Below are positions 10,727-21,076 of a stretch of DNA of 26,081 nucleotides, one piece after another. Within the stretch, counting starts at the first letter, position 1, and every line of letters starts with the position of its first letter. Source of the stretch: Octopus sinensis (Eukaryota); the NCBI RefSeq assembly GCF_006345805.1, contig NW_021835651.1, positions 1-26,081 of the forward strand, in the 5' to 3' direction. Under the pieces are notes generated by a model. It was not told the origin of the DNA. It saw nothing but the letters and a program-made list of their open reading frames with translations, and made no database searches. The position numbers and the translations under genes are program-made.

Positions 10727-11478
10727 TACACTCACGGACACACACACACACACGCCACATACACACACGTACACACACACACGTACGCACACGCCACATA
10801 CACTCTCACACACATACACATATGCACACAGGCACACAGACATTCACACACATTCGTACACATTGAGGCACATACGCGCGCACGCACACACACACACACA
10901 CGCACCTAGCACAAAAATCCGTGCCCCCGCTACACACACATCACACATACCGATATACGCGCACGCATGTACACACACACATACACATAAGCACACATAT
11001 AACACAACACACATCTAAATACGTATGCATATCATCATCATCATCGTTTTAATGTCCAAAATCTCTTACACACGTGCGCACTCACAGACGTACACACGCA
11101 CACACACGCACTTGCATACAGACACATATATGCTTGCGCTCACATAGAAACAAACGCATAAACACACACACACATACACACACACACACACAGATAGCGC
11201 ACATGCATCTCCAAACCTCGAACATACACAACCACTGCGCACGCGCGCTGATCTGCTCAAATTTCATCCGACCCCACAACTACCCTCCACACACACACAC
11301 ACACACAGGTCCCCACCACCTCCTCCTCCTTTACCGACGCCCCTTTCTTCCCCATCACTTTCAAGGCCACCATCTTTCCATTAACATTCACTCAGCAAAT
11401 ACGTGGATACTGCTAACATCGCAAAACACAAGCGCACACACACACAACACACCATACACAGAGACACACATACACACA

Positions 11479-11553
<75 letters not shown>

Positions 11554-11605
11554 CAGAGTCACACACGCCGCCCTTGCACACACACACACACACACAGACA
11601 CAAAT
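10655..11605. repeat. Extended degenerate (CA)n/(TA)n region
   Basis: Direct inspection. Confidence 0.9.
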
Positions 11606-11639
11606 GACCTCGTCCTTCCTTCTGAGCCGTGCCCCATGG

Positions 11640-12500
11640 CGGAAGGGGTAAATCCAGAAACTCCTTTACAAACCTTACAGAAATATATAATACACTACAC
11701 TCCGCCAGCATACATTTCTACATACATTCTCCAAGATCCCTGCCAAACAAACGCAGTGATAACCGATGAAGAGGCAAGAGGAAAGAAAAGTCTCGGCTGT
11801 GCTCAACAGCACCTCCTCAACAAAGCTGTCCTTAAGGAAGCCAGCAACATTGCCATAACCGTCTTTGCGATATTGCTAGATTACAAGGAAGCGTTCGATT
11901 CTTGCCCCGTGAGTGGATAATAGAATCACTACATCTTGCTAAAGTACCAGCTGCTATCGGGAATGCCATTGAAAGACTGACCCCAGCATGGTCCACATAA
12001 TTATCACTGACAACTACTAGAGCAAAACCTATTGTCACAAACAGAATTAAGCTATCAACAGGGTGACAGTCAATCCAGGGTGATAGTCTATCTGTAATGC
12101 TGTTTTGTACTGGTAGTGAGTCCTTTGTCAGCCCTGTTAACAAATAACAAGGCTACATGCTAAGATATGCAGAAAAAAATTAAGTTAATGTTGCTCACAA
12201 CATTTTTTGTTAATTACTTAAAGCTATATTTTTGGTAAAATGACCAAAATCAAGGAACAATTAGAAATAGTCGCAACATTCACATGAGATATAAGAATGG
12301 AGTCTGGGCAAGATAAATGCTCGTACGTGTCAACCGAGGAAAGGTTGTCGACCAGGCAGAGAACATGTACATCAATGGCTTGTCTGCCTCCTCTATCTCT
12401 AATGACGAAAGCTACAAATACCTTGGAATCGATGAGGATGTTGCATATGTTGGTGCTGTGACTAAAGCCAGAATAATAAAAGAGTTCTGTAGAACATAGG
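11640..12500 (+). mobile_element. Decayed non-LTR retrotransposon RT fragment, R4/Dong-like (RLE type)
   Basis: Frameshifted pieces: GCAQQHLLNKAVLKEA, LDYKEAFDS, WIIESLHL, IQGDSLSVMLF, TFFVNYLKLY (catalytic DD mutated to NY), DIRMESGQDKC and ESYKYLGI. These follow the order of RT motifs typical of R4/Dong-like elements. Confidence 0.85.
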
Positions 12501-13039
12501 TCAGAAGATACTTCAAACAATGAGACCGTTGGGCGGAATGGAACCCATGTCTGTGCGGCCAAGAAGTTTGCGTCTTAGTTTCGTTGTTTTGGGGTCAACT
12601 ATTGCATGACGACGCTTTGGGTGGTCGTCTGAGATGGAACCAGGTCTTGTGTGTGTGAAACTGTGTCGATGGGAACTGTCCCACGCTTTCATTTAGTGGA
12701 CCCAATATTATAACAACTTAAGGTTGAAGGGATCTGTCAAGTTTTGTGATTTACTTATCTCATAAGCACCGGTATAGGAACGAGGGTCAAATAAATGTAA
12801 ACTGCGAATTTGTATCTCACCGTAAGCGGAAGCATAACCAGCAGCAGAATGTATGAGAAGGGATAACAGCATCATCCTGTAGAGATGGAATCAACTGTGT
12901 GTCTCCATTTATTTTAATCGTAGAATATAAATGGATAAAAACAACAACAAAAAAACCCCCAGACGAGTCCACACAAAACTCATACATGCCATGTGACTGC
13001 GGTTTTAAATTATTTAAACAAATGTACAGCATTTGCTAT

Positions 13040-13280
13040 ATATTGATTAGGAGTTCAATACACGACAGATCACAACTGATCAATAACTTGCCGAAAAGCC
13101 TTAAATATCTCTAAAGTGTAGACGGGTTCAATTTTTAGAAAAGGCAGTAAGAGAAATTTTTATCTGAGATAATAGAAGGACTTACTCTTCGCCAAGAAAC
13201 GCAAGTGAGGGCAAAACCGAAGACGGAGATGTGGTGTGAAAATGGATTCAGAATTACACAAATGGTGGACACATCCTCCG
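13040..13280 (+). mobile_element. Degenerate CR1-type LINE 3' fragment
   Basis: cacaactgatcaataacttgccgaaaagccttaaatatct (QLINNLPKSLKYL) parallels cacaactgatatgtggccgaaaaacctaagagatct at about 17286-17325; downstream spacing is similar. Confidence 0.5.
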
Positions 13281-13345
13281 GTTGGACCAAATACAAATGT
13301 GTGTGTGTGCTCGTGTCTGAGTGTGTGTGTGTGTTTGTATGTGTG

Positions 13346-13403
<58 letters not shown>

Positions 13404-13594
13404 GTCGTCATAAGAATTTAGAAACTTTCGAGAGAACATGAAATAATTATCTTTTGGAACGGTGAGTCTCGAAGCACACAAAGCTTTAAACAAAAACGCG
13501 TAAAATATTGGGTTAAAAACCATTTGAGTAGAAAAAGGTGAAGGTAGCGTTCGATGTTTTCTGTTGCAAGGGTGCGTCTGAGGATTGCCTGTCA

Positions 13595-13643
<49 letters not shown>

Positions 13644-14405
13644 CATAACTACACACACACAGATACACACACACATCTTTGTCCAAATCTCTCTTCTTCT
13701 TGCTTCTCCCCCTCCTCCTCCCCTCTTCCTCTCTTTCCCCTCACCCCCGCCCGCCCGTCGTTCCACCCTTAAATATCCGACCCTACCTTTTAATTCCTCA
13801 CCTGACATCTCTGCGTGTCATGCGCTCAGTTTTCCAATTGACACGTCGTTATGGTTCACACACACACCACCACCACCACCACCACCACCGTCACCACCGC
13901 CACCACCACCATTAACACCACCACCACCGCATTCATCCTCGCCCTCCACCTCCCTCTCCACATCCCATTATATCTCCTTCCCCGCCCTCCATCACACCAT
14001 CTAGCAATATTTAGCCACCACCACCACCATCATCCCTCACCCCTGTCCAATCTTGTCAATTGCAGTTTAAATCTAGACACATGCACGCATGTGCAATATG
14101 CACGCCATGCACTCATGCACATGGAAATGCACCCGGGGCTGAACTGCCAAGTTTTCTATTTCACTTCGTGCACCGCCGATGTGCACATTGACTCCGGCCA
14201 CGTAAGGCTGTTCTGGCGGGAATAGTGGGGTGTGGTGGTGGTGGCGATGATTGTTGTTGTTACTGTTGTTTTAGCCCCAGGTCAGCCCTAATTGAACAGG
14301 TCTAATACACACAGTTGAATGACAAGGAACGACCTACACTCATATTTAAACATTCATACAAGCATCCATCCATCCATCCATCCAATCCATCCATCCATAC
14401 ATACA

Positions 14406-14436
<31 letters not shown>

Positions 14437-14444
14437 GCATACAA

Positions 14445-15029
14445 AAGAATTTATTGAACTACATTTCTCAGCTCCAGGTCGTTGTCAAAGGAAACGCGTC
14501 GCAGACAAAGGGAGAGCGACCCAAAAACGTGGTAATCTGAAGGCGATATATATCTGAAGAATATGTCGGTAGTGGCAGACCTGACCAACTGAACTCATGA
14601 ATAGCAATTTTGGTCAAAATAGCGGCGTGGGAGAGGAGCGTTGTCATGTTGAAGAAACACGGGTGAAGGTGGCAGATAACAGTATCTTGGGACCAATCCA
14701 TCTGCTTGACCAATTCCCTGGTGGATTGGCGAGGATCCTCGTGGATGTGCTTGTTGAACTGAACAGGTCGACCGGGGTGCGGAGAGTCTGTGAGGTCGAA
14801 TTATTCCTTCTTGAAGCGTGAAAACCGTTTCAGTACATTTTTTTCAGTAATAGCGTAAAATTATGTCTTAAAAGAGGTAAAATTTATTCAAATTTCAAAA
14901 ACAATAAACAAAAGTTGTTGAGAAAGAACAGAGCTACAGCAAAGAAACCATAAAACACAACGATAAAAATGTTTTTCGTCTTAATCCAAAACACATTGGT
15001 CAGAAAGGAATTTATCCGAAAACCCAGTA
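14445..15029 (-). mobile_element. Internally deleted, frameshifted mariner (DD34D) transposon relic
   Basis: The minus strand encodes FSRFKKE*FDLTDSPHPGRPVQFN..HEDPRQSTRELVKQMDWSQDTVICHLH (HTH region), then LQHDNAP, and LPTYSSDI/SPSDYHVFGSL (YSPDLAPSDYHLF motif). A mariner-like terminus TA|CTGGGTTTTCGGATAAATT sits at about 15009-15029. The other TIR was not found. Confidence 0.88.
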
Positions 15030-15399
15030 GAAAACTGTACAGTTATGTATATGAAAGCCTTTGGCCATGGAGATTCCTGACGATGTGGAAACATTCTATT
15101 GCTCTTTTCAATATACAGAAAAATAGTAGGATACCCGAGAGGGGAATGCTAGCTATGGTTCCCCTGCCTTCTTTTCTCGTATATCTCATTCAGTATTAGC
15201 TTATCTCGCATAGTTAACTATTTTGTAAGCGTTTGTGTAAAGTTTGAAAAAGATTTGGTTGTTACTTTTAACAGAGTGAGCGACCGCGTAGATATCTCTG
15301 TCGTTGGTTTCTGTTGATTGTTGCTGTTGTTGTTGGAGGCGAGAGAAAAATCCTTAAATTTACAAACTGATTATTACGCAGCTTGTATTAAATTAAATT

Positions 15400-15470
15400 T
15401 GTTTAAGGCTTCAGAAATGGAGATCCGACGGGTCTCTGGAGCAACGTTGCTCGACAGGGTCTCTTGGAAG
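15400..15470 (+). mobile_element. Possible short RTE-type LINE ORF remnant
   Basis: LFKASEMEIRRVSGATLLDRVS resembles the recalled post-RT motif (A.EM..LRRI.GVT..DRVRN). Too short to be sure. Confidence 0.35.
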
Positions 15471-15550
15471 CCAAAGGGTCTCTACTTCTCAGAATTCACA
15501 GGTCACGGCTCCGCTACAGCAGACACGTGATTAGACAGACAGAGAGACAG

Positions 15551-15591
<41 letters not shown>

Positions 15592-15818
15592 CACAACACA
15601 CGCACGCACACACACACACACACAAACACACGTGCAGTCGTTAATTAAATCAAGTTTTCTCTCCAATTTTTTTCCCTGTCTCTCTTTTCTTTCTTTCTGT
15701 AGAAGAGCGTAGGCTCGAAACTCCAGAGATTTCCTCCATTTTTCCTGAGCGCCAAACTAAAACACCGTGTTTGTTGTTCCTCGTTTGTTATTTTATGCTT
15801 TTAGTATAATTTTGAACG

Positions 15819-15819
<1 letters not shown>

Positions 15820-15882
<63 letters not shown>

Positions 15883-15972
15883 TATATATATATATACATA
15901 TATATCGAGCGTTAAACTAATACATCTGTTTGTTGTCTACATCACCAGTCTTCGTCTTTTTTTTGTGAATTC

Positions 15973-16022
<50 letters not shown>

Positions 16023-16384
16023 AACATACATACACACATATGTATATATATATATGTATATACATATGTGTATACACACAAGTACATACACATATATATG
16101 TGTGTATATATATATGTATATATGTATATATATAAACATATACATATACTCACACATATACATATACACACACATATACATATACACACACATATACATG
16201 TACACTCACACGTATCAATTACTGGTGCGTTAAGAGTGTTTTGTTTCAATACTATCATCTTTCTATCAATGCAGGTATCACATATACAGGCAATGGGTTT
16301 ACAAATATTCAGTGTGAGTGTGTATGTGGTATATATATTCATATCTGTATGGTGTATGTGTTTGGCGTGTGTACGCGCGCGTGC

Positions 16385-16482
<98 letters not shown>

Positions 16483-16510
16483 GCCGACAGACAGACAGAC
16501 ATACACTTAA
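15820..16510. repeat. (TA)n/(CA)n/(GA)n/(CAGA)n cluster
   Basis: Direct inspection. Confidence 0.9.
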
Positions 16511-16839
16511 ACACAGACACACATATATTTTTATCTACGTACAGTTAAACAAACACATAAAGATTTACGTTGGCCGCTGCTTTGAATATCGTGTTCTGAT
16601 ATTTATTGGGAGTTTTTTAACAAAGCAAGTCCTTAAGAGATGCTGTCTCACGACAGATGCTACAGTTGTTGGCCTATCGACACTGTGTATAGAATAAGTA
16701 TAAGGCATAGGTGGTTATATAAATGTACATATACATATACATCCAAACATATACACCCATACACACACACACACACGCACGCACACGCATGTGTTTGTAT
16801 GAACATAGAAGATTCTGGAACGGTTGACACCAATCTTTA

Positions 16840-17505
16840 GTGTCAAGAGTTAAAAAGTCGATGTTGGCCGCAGAGTGTCCTCATGGATCCTCAGAGCTTT
16901 TCAATCTAGGGGTCATGAAACCATCATCCTTCTCTTCTCCACATTCGCAAGGCCCCATCTCGAATACTGTTGCCCGTTGTGGTCTCCTTACAAAAGAAAA
17001 ATTCCTCCAGGAAATACCGGATAAACCACCTACACCTAGATACGTCTCAACCAACAGCAACTCACTGCTTGAGTGGTCCATGCTGTCCCGAAATAATTAA
17101 CTAGAAGCCTTTTCCAGGCGGTGTTATTGAGTTACTCATGGCCTAGGCCGATAATGTCCGAAACCAATCTAAGTTATCTAAATTATACCAACACCCGAAC
17201 AAGACGCCACTGCACAGTAGCAAAGGCCCTAACCATCCTGTCTATAGTAAGGATCCGCTCTACAATAACTTGGGTTTGAAGGGTACACAACTGATATGTG
17301 GCCGAAAAACCTAAGAGATCTACATAGAGTAAGGCTAGATGTTTTCAAGCAGCACGTGGGCCTTCTGCTGTCCAAGGTCCCAGGTGTACCTCTTTGACGA
17401 CAAGGGACTCACATGCGAGCAGCAATATCAAAAGCCAACCATAGAAGAATGCTCATTGAAAAGATTACGAAGATGGCAGTGCTCCAACATGGTCGCAGTG
17501 TTTAC
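16840..17505 (+). mobile_element. CR1-type LINE 3' portion (ORF2 C-terminus plus 3' tail), decayed
   Basis: SWILRAFQSRGHETIILLFSTFARPHLEYCCPLWSPY is the typical CR1/L2 post-RT motif (RPHLEYC...WSP). A later piece reads NLGLKGTQL...LRDLHRVRLDVFKQHVGLLLSKVPG. Stops and frameshifts are present. Confidence 0.88.
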
Positions 17506-17509
17506 GCTG

Positions 17510-17683
17510 GAGCGCAAAGTTTGCATCCCAAGTACATGGTTCTGGATCCAGGCCCATTGATGTCACCTTCTACTATAACCCCGAGTCGACCAAAGCCTTG
17601 AGAGTGAATTTGGTAGACAGAAACTGAAAAAAGCCTCTCGTATATATATATATATATATATAAGATTTATATATAATATATAG

Positions 17684-17742
<59 letters not shown>

Positions 17743-17767
17743 ACACATATATATATATTTCTGGGTG

Positions 17768-17823
<56 letters not shown>

Positions 17824-18013
17824 ATTTGTCCTCCAGCACAGCTTGACAACCCGTGTTGGTTTGTTTACGTGCCCGTAATTCAGCGGTTCGGCTAAAAGAG
17901 AAAGATAGAATAAACATCAGACTTAACAAATGGAATACTGCGGTCGATTTGTTCGACTAAACTCCTCAAGGCAGAGCCCCAGCATGGCCGCAGTCTAATG
18001 ACTGAAACAAGTG
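17510..18013 (+). mobile_element. Composite SINE: tRNA-like head, V/MER6-like domain, internal (TA)n(TG)n, Nin-like domain, CR1-like tail
   Basis: Segments in order: acatggttctggatccaggccc; ttctactataaccccgagtcgaccaaagccttgagagtgaatttggtagacagaaactgaaa; a microsatellite (about 17640-17820); cttgacaacccgtgttgg...agcggttcggc...gatagaataa...ggtcgatttg; ggcagagccccagcatggccgcagtctaatgactgaaacaag. Domain names are from recall. Confidence 0.88.
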
Positions 18014-18249
18014 ACGTACATATAAAATACAATTCTGTTTGTCGATATAACGAAGAGCTTCGCGAAAGGCTGCGACCGAACGACAGTGTGTCCTCGCCCC
18101 CCGTCACACATCTATTCTTAATATATTGGACGTCGTATCCTCTTCCAATGTATCGCGTCATCACCAGTATTTCTACACATATCACGTGTACACTGATGGT
18201 GTTTTACATGTCTCAGGTGACCAAGCCCCAGTTTAGATTTATAGACTTA

Positions 18250-18570
18250 CTAGCAGTATCGCCCGGCGTTGCTCGGGAATAGTGAACATTTTTCTGGTTG
18301 AAATACACTGAAAAATGGCGACACAGCAGACAAAAAATCGTAAAAAATAGGGATTTTCATAGAAAAAAAGCACCTTTTTGATGTAAATAATTTTTGGTGT
18401 TAACATGGTCTGATTTGAATATTTTCTTCTATGGAAGGAAGAGCAAGCCTTCTTCTATTATACTCTCAATTTTGGTCAACTTGCGCCGCAGGGTCTCGGA
18501 GGAGATAGTGTTAGTTGAAGGCTACCAAACCTGTCATACACAGACAACTTCAGCTTTATATATATAGAGA
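18250..18570 (-). mobile_element. Non-autonomous Helitron (321 bp)
   Basis: The minus strand starts TC and ends CTAG, inserted between A and T with no TSD. A GC-rich subterminal hairpin cccgagcaacgccggg (plus 18262-18277) lies 8 nt before the CTAG. Confidence 0.85.
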
Positions 18571-18599
18571 TATCCTCACATTATTTTTGTGGCTCCCGT

Positions 18600-18936
18600 C
18601 GTTGTGTTGCGGTCAAGCTGTAGCACTTCTTTGCTTTAGATTCTTTTTTCGTTTTGTTAGATCAATTACGTATCGACGCCTGTAGTGTTTCATTTGTTAT
18701 TTACTTTATTGATCTCTATCGATTAAATTATCATATGGAGTTATCGCACTTTAGGAAATAAATATAACACGTGTGTGTGTTTCTTTCAGTTTCCGTCTAT
18801 CAAATCCACTCGCAGAGCCTTGGTCGACCCGAGGTTATAATAGAAAACACATATCCACGGTGTAAGGCAGTAGAACTGAACTCAGAACCATTTGTTTGGG
18901 AAACAAGCTTCTTACAACACAGCTACACCTGCGCCT
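18600..18936 (-). mobile_element. tRNA-derived SINE related to 17510-18013, opposite orientation
   Basis: tttcagtttccgtctatcaaatccactcgcagagccttggtcgacccgaggttataatagaa is the reverse complement of the V-like domain. The head ends ...cagctacacctgcgcct; a tail remnant gcggtcaagctgtagcac lies at about 18608-18626. Confidence 0.8.
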
Positions 18937-19592
18937 TTAGGAAAAATATGGAACGCTTTATGAATTTGAGTGTCAAAATGAAAAAACAATTTCATAATAA
19001 CATTCGAAAAAAAAAAATGAAACTTTGCAAAGTAAAATAAAAATATAAAAAAGGAGAAAAAAAACAGCCAATAGCTCTTTGTTTATGTTAAAAGCCAGAA
19101 GGCCTTCAAGTAGTGTTTGGCGGTATAAATATTTGGCAGATATAAAGTATTGGCTGTTATTTCTTCCTTTTAATATATTTTTATTTAATTTTCGGTGGTT
19201 TTTTTTTTTTTTATAATATTGCTCTGATATTGTTTTTGCATCTTGATCTACCTATAGGCGCAGTTGTGGCTGCAGCAAAACAAAATATGATTCAACTCAG
19301 GTATTAGACTTTAAAAGCTAATTTACCTTGTAAAAAGAAATGTTTAAGAGATAAATTAAACAAGAATTCGAACTTTAAACCGGTCTAAAAAAAACTCTAA
19401 ACCAGATCACTCATATAAAAGCAGGAGTAAACAACAAATCTTCCATATCACGGACTTTCCGTAATATGGAAAATTGTGGGATTATGAATATAAATAGTAA
19501 GAATATTATTTAATATTTTATGGCTTGGTTGAGTTAATATCGTTTGGAGTTGATGAAGTTGTGGGTGTTTCTATCTCTAACACTATTTTGAT

Positions 19593-19625
<33 letters not shown>

Positions 19626-19921
19626 GGATAATAAAATGAATGGTTTACGCCTGGTAGCTTATTGGTAGCTTCTAAATATATAAATGAAAAATTCTCCTCC
19701 GCCTGGCTGCTTTTCTCTCTACAAAACAGAAAGTTGCAGTGTGGAACAGTCATTTTAAGGATATTATTTATTTATCACCCGACGAGATACATCTGCACCA
19801 CCGGATACACCTGAACCAGTTGTTGAGTGACCCACAAGAGGAGTCGATGTATCGAAACAATTGTTGTGATTAATAATATATTCTCGTATATTCCATCTTC
19901 TGTCTTTCATTTTGTTATTTA

Positions 19922-19958
<37 letters not shown>

Positions 19959-20212
19959 TATATAGATAGATATAAACATAGATATACTCTTAATTGAATA
20001 ATAGCAAAACAATGTTCACGTCCAATAATTCCTTACATATCTATTTCTGTTTGCATCTTTGCTTGCGTGTATGTATGTATGAAATTTGTGTGTTTCTCTT
20101 TTTTTCTCTTTTTTTTTTTTGTCTGTCCTCTTCTAGCTTTTCAACAACTTACTATATTTCTTTCTCGCTCTCTCTCACATACACTCTTTTCTCTTTCTTT
20201 GTCTTCTTTCAG

Positions 20213-20730
20213 TGTTCCGTGTAACGGTGGACAGTGTGAACGCAGAAAATGGCTACCTACGAGTGAATTTCATGCGGAAGAAGCGAGCGTACAAACGTGG
20301 TTCGCTGGTGAAGAAACAGATCCGAAAATTAGCTGGTTACATTCCGGTGACCAACAAATGCGACTGTGCTAAGAACAATGCTTCTTTGATCGCTCCAAAG
20401 AAGAGGCTTCTAGTGATGGGCCGCATGGAGCAAGATAAATTCCTTCTTTTTTTCGTTAGTCCATATCAGAGAAAATCGGAAGGTTTCCGAGCGGCGACGA
20501 AAATGTGGAAGAAAGATAACCCATGCAAATCGTGGGCCATACCGGATGTGTATAACCGGGACAAGACAGAGAAAAAGGAGAAGAACAAAACGGATAAAAA
20601 GAGGAACAGGAACGACAAGAAGAATCGCAAGAAGAAGAAGAAGAGGAGGAAGAAGAAGGGATCGAAGAAGAGGAACAAGGATAGAAAGAAGTCGAAAAAA
20701 GGCAATGAAGTATCTCCTCCCTCTCAGTGA
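20213..20730 (+). CDS. SFRP1/2/5: SFRP1/2/5-like gene, terminal coding exon (rest of NTR domain plus Lys/Arg-rich tail)
   Basis: Long polypyrimidine tract and AG at 20211-20212, phase 1. Reads VFRVTVDSVNAENG...YKRG...KCDC...LLVMGR...FLLFFVSPY...F...MWKKDNPC, which aligns with recalled SFRP1 (FALRMKIKEVKKENG...LKLG...DCPC...FLIMGRK...YLLTAI...F...MKNHEC). Six NTR cysteines across the two exons. Stop TGA at 20728-20730. Confidence 0.93.
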
Positions 20731-20774
20731 TCTGAAGTCGACATTTTATAATGGGGGTCCATCAAGTTGAGTTA

Positions 20775-21012
20775 CATGTATGTGTATACATATATGTGTA
20801 TATGATGTATGTATCTGTGCAATTACATACATATATATACACATATACATATATATATATAAATACAGATGTACATATACACATATACATACATGCATAT
20901 ATACATACATATATATAAACACACGTACATATATATACATACACACGCACATACGTATATATATATGTATATACATATAGACTGACAAACAGATAGATAG
21001 ATAGATAGATAC

Positions 21013-21076
<64 letters not shown>

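Larger units (their letters stand above)
8867..20212 (+). other. GT-AG intron (11,346 bp) of the SFRP gene
   Basis: Canonical donor and acceptor join the two exons in frame; no other NTR-coding segment was seen between them. Confidence 0.85.

Noticed and set aside
14262-14305. Possible LINE/SINE 3' remnant (ttttagccccaggtcagccct), with a weaker relative at about 8270-8330
   Set aside because: Too short and diverged to assign a family from sequence alone.
15439-15452. 14-bp perfect palindrome gagcaacgttgctc
   Set aside because: A single short palindrome inside a probable LINE remnant; no supporting context.
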